The translations under genes and the position numbers were made by a program. Below are positions 15,623 through 22,386 of a DNA stretch of 22,386 nucleotides, one piece after another. The notes beneath the pieces were generated by a model. It saw only the letters and a list, made by a program, of their open reading frames with translations. It was not told the DNA's origin and did not search any database. The DNA lies in assembly GCA_039714075.1 (NCBI GenBank), contig JBDLKA010000058.1:1-22386 (forward strand), written 5' to 3'. Position 1 is the first letter of the stretch. Every line of letters starts with the position of its first letter. Origin of the DNA: Candidatus Krumholzibacteriota bacterium. Its GTDB lineage: Bacteria; Krumholzibacteriota; Krumholzibacteriia; LZORAL124-64-63.

Positions 15623-16794
15623 GCTGGGAGTTGGACGGCAAACCCATCAGGTCGGTTCTCCTGACCCGCCTGCGTTACCTCGGGGACATCGTGATGTCCA
15701 CCGTGCTTGTCGAAGCGTTGCGCCGCGGCGACCCCGACCTTGAAATCGGCTACCTGTGCGAGGAAGGGTTCGCCCCGGTTTTACACGGGCACACCGGCAT
15801 TGACCGTCTGCATCGGCTGCGAACCGGAAAACCGGGCCGGAACGCCGCGCGCAGGGTCAAGCAGTTATCGACGGGAGATGCCCACGGCACTCCGGGTCTC
15901 ATTCGGGATCTGAGGAGATTTCGCTACGACCTGGCTGTCGACATGTTTTTCAATCCCCGCAGTGCCTGGCTTTTGCGGTTGTCCGGCATTCCCCTGCGCA
16001 TCGGCGGCACCGACAGGCCCCGCGGCCGACTCTACAGCCATCGGGCTTTGCGCCGGGATATAGGGGAGGATCATCGCGAGTTCGATCGGATAGCGCCCGG
16101 GGGGCTCGGTGAACATCTCTGTCGGCTGGGGCCCCTGGTTCATTCGGAAACAGGAGCGGGTTTCGCGGACTGGCTGGCGACAACCTTCCGCCCCGGTGAA
16201 TTGAAGCCGGTCCTGGGTCCGGGTCGGACCGAATCAATCCCGTCCGGTCTGTTGAGCGCCCTGGGGGTGGCCCCGGGAGATCCCTATCTGCTTCTGGCGC
16301 CCTGCGCCACCTGGGTCAGCAAGGAATGGCCCCGGGCACGGTGGGGCGAACTGGTTTCGCTTCTGGTGGAAAGTCTGGAACTTAACGTTGTTGTCATGGT
16401 GGCCCCGGGGAAGGAGGATGCCTGGTCCGGTCTGGCCGAACTGATACCGCCGGGCAGGGGGGGCGTATTGCCGCCGCTGCCCCTGGACGATGCCTTGGCT
16501 GTCACCGCCTCGGCCCGGGCCCTGGTCACGGTCGATGGCGGCATCATGCACGCGGCCGTCGGATTGGATGTCCCCACCCTGGCTATTTTTGGCCCCACCG
16601 ACCCGGCCATCTGGTTTCCCTATGAAAGGCTCGGTCCTTTCCGGGTCATGGCCAGGGAACCTTATTGCCACCCCTGTGATCTGCATGAATGCCCGGCCTT
16701 CGTCTGCCTGCCCGAACTCGAGCCCGCCGAGGTCCGGCGTTCGCTGGCCGCCCTGCTGGAAGGGGAGATACGAACAGAAGGGGAGGCCACGTGA
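15619..16794 (+). CDS. Glycosyltransferase family 9 (heptosyltransferase-like)
   Basis: RLRYLGDIVM, YDLAVD, SKEWP, DGGIMHAAVGLDVPTLAIFGPTDP, CHPC. TTGA overlap with the gmhB stop. Confidence 0.9.
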   Translation: MSWELDGKPIRSVLLTRLRYLGDIVMSTVLVEALRRGDPDLEIGYLCEEGFAPVLHGHTGIDRLHRLRTGKPGRNAARRVKQLSTGDAHGTPGLIRDLRRFRYDLAVDMFFNPRSAWLLRLSGIPLRIGGTDRPRGRLYSHRALRRDIGEDHREFDRIAPGGLGEHLCRLGPLVHSETGAGFADWLATTFRPGELKPVLGPGRTESIPSGLLSALGVAPGDPYLLLAPCATWVSKEWPRARWGELVSLLVESLELNVVVMVAPGKEDAWSGLAELIPPGRGGVLPPLPLDDALAVTASARALVTVDGGIMHAAVGLDVPTLAIFGPTDPAIWFPYERLGPFRVMAREPYCHPCDLHECPAFVCLPELEPAEVRRSLAALLEGEIRTEGEAT

Positions 16795-17888
16795 GCGAAA
16801 GACCTTCCTTCAGGAAAATCCTCCTGATCCGGCGCAAGGCTCTCGGCGATGTTCTGGTCAGCATGAGGGCGGTTCTGGAGGTGGCCCGGACGTGGCCCGC
16901 CGCCTCCGTCGATCTGGTCGTCGACCGTCCCTTTGCCGATCTTCTGGATGGTCTGGCGGGTCGCGCGGACCGGCCTGGGGGCTTCCGGATATTGTCCTGG
17001 CCTCCGCGGAACGGGCAATCATGGTTGAATGTTCTGCGGGGGGGGCGTTACGATCTGGTCATCGACTGGCTCGGCAGTCCGCGCACGGCCCTGTGGACCA
17101 TGTTGACCGGGGCTCCGGTGCGGGTGGGTTATGATCTGCCCCGGCGGCGATGGGCCTACAACGTCAAGGTGCCCCGCAACAGGTCCGGCCGGTGGGACCT
17201 GCGCGGATTCGCCGGGGAGGCTTTTCTCGATCCTTTGCGCAGCCTCGGGTTGGATCCGCAACCCTGGCGTGACGGTTTCGCCGGTGGCTCGACGGTGGGG
17301 GAGGCTGTTCCAGGTTCCGGTGGGTCACTCGGAAATGGTTTCAGCGGCAGCTTCAGCGGTGAATTCAGCAATTGGCTCGAAAATTGGATTTCCGGGTCCG
17401 GGGCGCCGGTCGTCATGATGATGAGTGCCACCTGGAGCGCCAAGGGGTGGCCGGCTTCCCATGCCGCGGAATTGTTCCGGGATCTTGGCCGGCGAGGAAT
17501 GAACCCCGTTCTGGTCACCGGTCCCGGTGACCGGGAGTTGGAGAAGGAATTGCGTCTGCTCTTGCCGGGAGATGCGATCGCCCCGCCCACGAACCTGTTG
17601 GAACTGGCGCATCTGCTGGAAAAGGCAAGTGTTTTCGTGGGGACCGATTGTGGTCCCCGCCATCTGGCGGCCAGCCTGGGTGTTCCCACGGTCACTCTTT
17701 TCGGCCCCACGGACCCGGTTGGTTGGAACCCGGCGGTCCCGGAACATGTTTCAGTGCGAACGGCCGAGGATTGCTCACCCTGCGACCTGGCCGACTGCCC
17801 GGTTCCCGGGCATCCCTGCATGAATGACCTCGTGCCGGGAATGGTTATGGAGGCCGTGGAACGGGTTTTGAATCCCGCTTCCCGTTGA
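16791..17888 (+). CDS. Glycosyltransferase family 9 (heptosyltransferase-like), 365 aa
   Basis: IRRKALGDVL, YDLVID, SAKGWP, DCGPRHLAASLGVPTVTLFGPTDP, CSPC. SD GGAGG and GTGA overlap at 16791. Confidence 0.9.
   Translation: MSERPSFRKILLIRRKALGDVLVSMRAVLEVARTWPAASVDLVVDRPFADLLDGLAGRADRPGGFRILSWPPRNGQSWLNVLRGGRYDLVIDWLGSPRTALWTMLTGAPVRVGYDLPRRRWAYNVKVPRNRSGRWDLRGFAGEAFLDPLRSLGLDPQPWRDGFAGGSTVGEAVPGSGGSLGNGFSGSFSGEFSNWLENWISGSGAPVVMMMSATWSAKGWPASHAAELFRDLGRRGMNPVLVTGPGDRELEKELRLLLPGDAIAPPTNLLELAHLLEKASVFVGTDCGPRHLAASLGVPTVTLFGPTDPVGWNPAVPEHVSVRTAEDCSPCDLADCPVPGHPCMNDLVPGMVMEAVERVLNPASR
17340..17387 (+). repeat. Degenerate in-frame 12-nt tandem repeat
   Basis: TTCAGCGGCAGC / TTCAGCGGTGAA / TTCAGCAATTGG / CTCGAAAATTGG, encoding FSGS-FSGE-FSNW-LENW. 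Confidence 0.55.
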
Positions 17889-17898
17889 AAGGTTTGTC

Positions 17899-18738
17899 AT
17901 GAGATTTTTCCCTGATAGATACGGTGTCCGGATTGCCGGGCGGCGGGCTTTGTGTTGGCTGGCCCTGATGCCGGCATTTGTCGGCATCAGCGGTGCGGCG
18001 CTCGCCGCCGATGATGCGGTGCCCGCTTCCTATCAGGCGGCTCCGGCGGTGTACGGACCCGGAGAACGAATGGTGTTCAACATCGGCTACGGACCCATCA
18101 ACGCGGGCGAGGGTATCCTCGAGGTGTTGGGTCTGACCGAATACAAAGGGCACACCTGCTATCACATCCAGAGCAAGGCCAACAGCAACCGGTTCTTCTC
18201 GTCCATTTACAAGGTGCGGGACAAGATCACCAGTTATATCGATGTGGAAACCCTCTACAGCCATTATTTCCACAAGAGGCTGCGGGAAGGAGACTACAAG
18301 AAGACCGTGGAGGTCGATTTCGATCACCTCGCGGAAAAGGCACGGTATTCCAACGGCGAGACCTATCCCATCACCAATGGTGTCCAGGATGTGTTGTCCG
18401 CTTTTTTCTACGTGCGCAATCTCGACCTGACCAAGGGCAAGGTATACATTGTGCCCGCCCACAGTTCCCGGCGCACCTACGATCTGAAGGTCATCATCCA
18501 CGGCAAGGAAAAGGTGAAGGTCGAAGCCGGAACGTGGGATTGTTTCGTGGTCGAACCGGTCATCGAGGGCGAGGGCCTGTTCAAGCACGAAGGAAAGTTG
18601 ACCCTGTATATCACCGACGACGCCAACCGGGTCCCTGTTCTGATCAAAACCAAGGTGCCGGTCGGATCGATCGATGTGGAACTGAAGTCTTACCAGGCCG
18701 GCGTTCCCCTGGGCTCCGCCGGGGGCGAAACCGAATGA
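17899..18738 (+). CDS. DUF3108-like exported beta-rich protein
   Basis: Signal peptide; PGERMVFNIGYG.INAG, FFSSIYKVRD, QDVLSAFFYVR, VKVEAGTWDCF.V.P, ITDDANRVPV.I. The family assignment is from motif recall, not a search. Confidence 0.8.
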   Translation: MRFFPDRYGVRIAGRRALCWLALMPAFVGISGAALAADDAVPASYQAAPAVYGPGERMVFNIGYGPINAGEGILEVLGLTEYKGHTCYHIQSKANSNRFFSSIYKVRDKITSYIDVETLYSHYFHKRLREGDYKKTVEVDFDHLAEKARYSNGETYPITNGVQDVLSAFFYVRNLDLTKGKVYIVPAHSSRRTYDLKVIIHGKEKVKVEAGTWDCFVVEPVIEGEGLFKHEGKLTLYITDDANRVPVLIKTKVPVGSIDVELKSYQAGVPLGSAGGETE

Positions 18739-18742
18739 TACG

Positions 18743-20341
18743 ATGAAAGCGACATCTCCGGCATCTTCCCCGCCTGCAGGTTCTTTGGTCCCGCCAGCCG
18801 GCTGGGCGGCGGAAAGCGGCAACGAACAGATCCGGCTGACTCCGGGGTTTCTGTTCCTGGTGACCCTCCTGGGGGCGGTGCTCCGTTTGTACTCTCTCAC
18901 GGGGCAATCCCTTTGGGTGGATGAACTGCTTACTTGGCAGATGATCCGCCCGGGCGTTCCGGCCGGCTACCTCGAGCAACTCCTCGATTCCATCCAGGGT
19001 CCCCTGTACATGGCCGTTGCCTGGCCCCTGATCCGGCTGCAGGACTCCGCGCTTATGCTTCGTCTGCCCGCCGCTCTGGCCGGAATCGTCACCGTGCCGT
19101 TGTTCGGACTGGCGGTCACCCGGCTGCTGGGGGGCAGGGCCGGACGTCTGGCCGTGCTGCTGTTCGCCCTGAACCCGTTTCATGTCTGGTACAGCCAGGA
19201 GGGTCGAGGTTACGCCTTCCTGATCCTGTTTTCCGTTCTGATGGCCCTGGCCCTGCAGCCTTTGGTCTCCCGGAAAGGCGGCTACCGCTCCGCTGTCTTG
19301 TTTGCGCTGGCCACCGCGGCCGCGGTCTGGAGCAACCTGGGCGGCATGTTCCTGTGGGCGGGGATGGGACTGGGGGTTCTCCTTTTCCATTTCCCGAACA
19401 GCCGGCGGCAATGGGGAACCATGGGACTGGCCTTCGGGGCCGGACTGTTGTTGGTGTTGCCCTGGTTGTTGAAGGCGGCCGGTATCTGGGCGGTCGACCG
19501 TGTGCTGCCCGGCGGCGCGACCGGGGAGGCCTTGCGCGGCGAGACGACCTTTTCTGTGTTTGCCTGGCCATATACCATGCACACGTTTTTTTACGGTTAC
19601 AGTCTGGGACCTTCACTGCGGGAACTTCACCAACCGGACCGGATGGCATTCATCCGGGGTTCCCTGCCCCTTCTGTTGGCGGGCATGGCTCCGGTTTTTG
19701 TGGGTTTGGTCGGGGGGCTCTTCAGGATCAATCGCCGGCGGTTTTCACTGTTGGTCTGGATCATCGTTCCGGTGGCGGTCCTGACCTTTCTCGCCCTGCG
19801 AAATTTCAAACCCTGGAATCCCCGCTACGTCGCCATGGCCCTGCCGTGGGTTATGGCCCTGGCCGCCTTCGGGCTGTCCCGTCTGCCGCGACGGGCCGGC
19901 ATGGCGGCGGTGGTGTTATTGACTGGTTTGACGCTTTGGTCCCTGGGTGGTTACTATTGGGACGGACGGTATGCCAAGGCCGATGTGCGGGCCGCGGCAG
20001 CCTTTCTGGAAGAGACCAACCCCGAAGGTGATCCCCTGATCGTCCCGGTTGTGACCTCTGTGTTCAGTTATTACTACAAGGGCCCAGCGGATGTGGTGGA
20101 CACCTTCGGTCTGGCCGCCCTCGAAAGTGCCGCCGACGCCGACGCATTCTGCGACAGCGTTCTGGGCGACATGACCCGGGCCAGGTTGGTCCTGGCCCGC
20201 GAATGGTATTTCGATCCGCAGGGCCAATTGCCGCTGGCCATGTCCCGCCGGGGGCATCTGCGCCAGACCATGGTCGCGGACGGGGTCAGGGTCTACCACT
20301 GGGAAAAAGGAAAGACAGCAAAGCAGGGCCATGGGAACTGA
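18743..20341 (+). CDS. GT-C fold membrane glycosyltransferase (GT39/PMT_2/ArnT-like)
   Basis: Many hydrophobic segments; LRLYSL..QSLWVDE, GPLY, LRLPAALAG, NPFHVWYSQEGRGYA, PRY. Confidence 0.85.
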   Translation: MKATSPASSPPAGSLVPPAGWAAESGNEQIRLTPGFLFLVTLLGAVLRLYSLTGQSLWVDELLTWQMIRPGVPAGYLEQLLDSIQGPLYMAVAWPLIRLQDSALMLRLPAALAGIVTVPLFGLAVTRLLGGRAGRLAVLLFALNPFHVWYSQEGRGYAFLILFSVLMALALQPLVSRKGGYRSAVLFALATAAAVWSNLGGMFLWAGMGLGVLLFHFPNSRRQWGTMGLAFGAGLLLVLPWLLKAAGIWAVDRVLPGGATGEALRGETTFSVFAWPYTMHTFFYGYSLGPSLRELHQPDRMAFIRGSLPLLLAGMAPVFVGLVGGLFRINRRRFSLLVWIIVPVAVLTFLALRNFKPWNPRYVAMALPWVMALAAFGLSRLPRRAGMAAVVLLTGLTLWSLGGYYWDGRYAKADVRAAAAFLEETNPEGDPLIVPVVTSVFSYYYKGPADVVDTFGLAALESAADADAFCDSVLGDMTRARLVLAREWYFDPQGQLPLAMSRRGHLRQTMVADGVRVYHWEKGKTAKQGHGN

Positions 20342-21020
20342 TAATTTTTTCGGCAGTGAAAAGGGATTCGCTGAATTCCTCGGTGAAAGCAGCAAGGGTT
20401 ACACGGGGCGGGCGTCCTTCCTGTCCCGACTTGTCAAGCGACTGTTCGACCTGGCCGCGTCACTGTTCGGCCTGACCCTGATTCTTCCCCTGCTTCCCTT
20501 CATCATCCTCTTGATCAAACTGGAAACACCCGGTCCCATCTTTTTCAAGCAACTCCGCGTCGGCTTCCGGGGCCGTGTTTTTCACTGCTACAAGTTTCGC
20601 TCCATGGCCGTGGACGCGGAAATGCAGAAAGAGCATATGGAGCACTTGAATGAAGCGACCGGCGCGGCGTTCAAGATCAAGGACGACCCGCGGATCACGG
20701 GGGTGGGCCGGTTTTTGCGCCGCAGCAGCCTGGACGAATTCCCGCAGCTTTTCAACGTGTTCATCGGCGACATGAGTATCGTGGGTCCCCGTCCGCAGAT
20801 TCCTTCCGAGGTGAAGGACTACACGCCCGAGCACGCCCGTCGCCTGCTGGTGAAACCGGGCCTGACCTGTTTGTGGCAGGTTTCGGGCAGAAGCCACCTG
20901 GACTTCCAGGAATGGATGGAACTCGACCAGGAATATGTGCGGCAGGCCGGCTTGAAAATGGACCTTCACGTCCTGGCCCGCACCCTGCCCGCCGTCATCG
21001 AAAGAAAGGGCGCCTATTGA
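20331..21020 (+). CDS. Bacterial sugar transferase (monotopic undecaprenyl-phosphate phosphoglycosyl transferase, WcaJ/WbaP catalytic-domain type)
   Basis: KRLFD, PGPIFFKQ.RVG..G..F.CYKFRSM, KDDPRIT.VGRFLRRSSLDEFPQL.NV..GDMSIVGPRP, KPGLTCLWQVSGRS, C-terminal KGAY. Confidence 0.93.
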   Translation: MGTDNFFGSEKGFAEFLGESSKGYTGRASFLSRLVKRLFDLAASLFGLTLILPLLPFIILLIKLETPGPIFFKQLRVGFRGRVFHCYKFRSMAVDAEMQKEHMEHLNEATGAAFKIKDDPRITGVGRFLRRSSLDEFPQLFNVFIGDMSIVGPRPQIPSEVKDYTPEHARRLLVKPGLTCLWQVSGRSHLDFQEWMELDQEYVRQAGLKMDLHVLARTLPAVIERKGAY

Positions 21021-21397
21021 GTGTCGTGGGGGTCGGCATTGATATCGTTTCGGTCCAAAGGATGGACGATCTGCTGCAACGGCATGGGACCCGTTTCCTG
21101 GACCGGTGTTTTCGGACGGGTGATCTCCTGGTTGGAGAGACTGGTGCGGGCCCCGAGGCTGGACATGTTGCCGGGCGTTGGGCGGCCAAGGAGGCGTTTT
21201 TGAAGGCTCTGGGGGCCGATGTTCGTGGGGTTCCCTATCGGGACATCGAAGTGCGGAAGGAGCCGGGAGGGCCCGTGAGTCTGGCCCTTCACGGGAAGGC
21301 CCTGTCCGCGATGAACCAGGCGGGCGGGCTAAAGGCACATCTGTCCATCAGCCATGAACGTGAATTCGCGGTTGCGACCGTTCTGGTGGAAGACTGA
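21017..21397 (+). CDS. acpS: Holo-[acyl-carrier-protein] synthase (126 aa)
   Basis: GVGIDIV, AGRWAAKEAFLKALG, HLSISHE. The TTG start overlaps the upstream TGA (TTGA); the ORF-track start at 20873 is too far upstream. Confidence 0.93.
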   Translation: MSVVGVGIDIVSVQRMDDLLQRHGTRFLDRCFRTGDLLVGETGAGPEAGHVAGRWAAKEAFLKALGADVRGVPYRDIEVRKEPGGPVSLALHGKALSAMNQAGGLKAHLSISHEREFAVATVLVED

Positions 21398-21401
21398 AGG
21401 A

Positions 21402-21449
21402 TTCACAACCACTGGATTTCCAAACCACCTCACTTCCAAACCTCTTGGA
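21402..21449 (+). repeat. Three 16-bp-period direct repeats upstream of a promoter
   Basis: TTCACAACCACTGGAT / TTCCAAACCACCTCAC / TTCCAAACCTCTTGGA at 21402, 21418 and 21434. Confidence 0.5.
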
Positions 21450-21473
21450 CCCCGCCCCGGTGTGTGCTAAATT
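21445..21473 (+). promoter_or_regulatory. Putative promoter with extended -10
   Basis: TTGGAC (21445-21450), 17 nt, TAAATT (21468-21473), with TG at 21465-21466. Confidence 0.5.
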
Positions 21474-21557
21474 CTGATGTCGTCATCGGGGTCGGTCAGG
21501 CTTGGAAACAGCGCCGGCTCCCCGGAAACCCACGAGCTCGAGGTGTCCGTCCCGATC

Positions 21558-22386
21558 ATGGAACTGGAATTCCTTCTCATCGACGTTTTTACGGACCGCC
21601 CTTTCGGTGGTAGCCGTCTCTATCTTTTCCCCGACGCGACCGGGGTGCCGGCCGAACTGATGCAGAACCTGGCCATGGAACTGGGCGCGGGTGAAACGGC
21701 GTTTATCGTCCCGACGAATGATTCCGGAAAGAATGCCGGATCCGGGTTGCGGGTCTTCACGCCGTCAGCGGAAATTCCCTTCGGGGGGCATTCGGTCCTC
21801 GGGGCGACTTTCGCCCTGGACCATATGGGGCGCCGCGACCATCAGGAGGGTTCGGCTCCTTTTGTCTGGGATTTGGAATCCGGCCAGTACCAGGTGGTCA
21901 CCAGCACCGAAAACGGGAACCGGATCTACAGTTTGAAACTCGACACGCCGGTTTTCATGGGGCAGTATTTTCACCGGGGCAAGGTGGCCCGCACCTTGGG
22001 CCTGCCCGAGGACGACATCGCGATAACGGGGTTGCCGTGCGAGGTCATCTCGACCGGTCTGCCGATCCACATCGTGCCTCTGGCCTCCCTGGACGCCATG
22101 CAGAGGATCATCCTGCGCAACCGCGACGCCGACGCCATCGCCCGGGACCTGGGTTTCGGCGATCTGTTCGTGTTCACCTGCGAAACGGTCCAGGACGACA
22201 CGACCGTTCACTGCCGCATGTTCGCCCCCTATTTCGGGATCCCCGAGGATGCCGCCAGTGGCGCCGCGACCGGGGCCCTGGTGGCCTATCTGGTGAAGCA
22301 TCGTCTGGTAAAGTTCAGTTCCAAGGTGCGAATCATTAGCGAGCAGGGTCTCGAAATGGGTCGCCCCAGCCGCATCATTGCCGAAG
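21558..22386 (+). CDS. PhzF/diaminopimelate-epimerase-like family isomerase, 3'-partial (not in the ORF track because no stop falls inside the window)
   Basis: Hand translation: MELEFLLIDVFTDRPFGG...MQNLAMELGAGETAF...LRVFTPSAEIPFGGHSVLGA...STGLP...CRMFAP.FGIPEDAASGAA...EQGLEMGRPS. Open to the window end. In-frame GTG 21543 is an alternative start. Confidence 0.9.
   Translation, partial: MELEFLLIDVFTDRPFGGSRLYLFPDATGVPAELMQNLAMELGAGETAFIVPTNDSGKNAGSGLRVFTPSAEIPFGGHSVLGATFALDHMGRRDHQEGSAPFVWDLESGQYQVVTSTENGNRIYSLKLDTPVFMGQYFHRGKVARTLGLPEDDIAITGLPCEVISTGLPIHIVPLASLDAMQRIILRNRDADAIARDLGFGDLFVFTCETVQDDTTVHCRMFAPYFGIPEDAASGAATGALVAYLVKHRLVKFSSKVRIISEQGLEMGRPSRIIAE

Noticed and set aside
18934..20031. 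365-aa alternative + frame ORF inside the GT-C gene
   Set aside because: Arg/Pro/Gly-rich frame artefact; the 18743-20341 frame carries all the family motifs.
21462..21472. GTGCTAA as a CIRCE half-site
   Set aside because: There is no matching TTAGCAC left arm; it is better explained as an extended -10.
21494..21520. Resemblance of GGTCAGGCTTGGAAACAGCGCC to SRP RNA helix 8
   Set aside because: It lacks the conserved AGCAG side of the internal loop, and the region looks like an mRNA leader with no terminator.
21558..22386. Phenazine biosynthesis or a secondary-metabolite cluster (acpS plus phzF)
   Set aside because: No phzA-E/G, NRPS or PKS genes are in the window. AcpS is the short housekeeping type, and a separate promoter lies between the two genes.

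Overview
GC-rich (roughly 60-65%) bacterial chromosomal segment, almost all on the + strand. The secreted protein ending in a YPNPFNP...WDG...SGMYF (FlgD-Ig/T9SS-CTD-like) domain, together with LPS heptose genes, suggests a diderm FCB-group lineage outside Bacteroidota such as Krumholzibacteriota/Latescibacterota; this is inference only. Gene order: 5'-truncated FN3 + 8x FG-GAP + FlgD-Ig surface protein, split by a 1-nt frameshift at ~1847-1850; orphan family-5 ABC substrate-binding lipoprotein; metzincin-like lipoprotein; small basic coiled-coil/Lys-rich/winged-helix protein (candidate nucleoid protein); HIT protein (- strand); PfkB kinase; lexA with a catalytically dead Y-family (ImuB-like) gene; hsp20-lon; an envelope glycan cluster (four GT9 genes, gmhB, DUF3108, GT-C/PMT-like transferase, phosphoglycosyl transferase) ending in acpS; and a 3'-truncated PhzF-family gene. 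I saw no rRNA, tRNA, CRISPR array or mobile element. Best leads: a Rok/H-NS-like architecture in an unannotated protein with a strong promoter; a triple TTCG-N7 direct repeat over the lexA promoter (candidate SOS box); a reduced SOS cassette with a fingerless ImuB-like protein but no imuA or dnaE2; a low-GC protease domain; a degenerate GT9; and a recurring non-canonical extended Shine-Dalgarno (GAGGCGATC).
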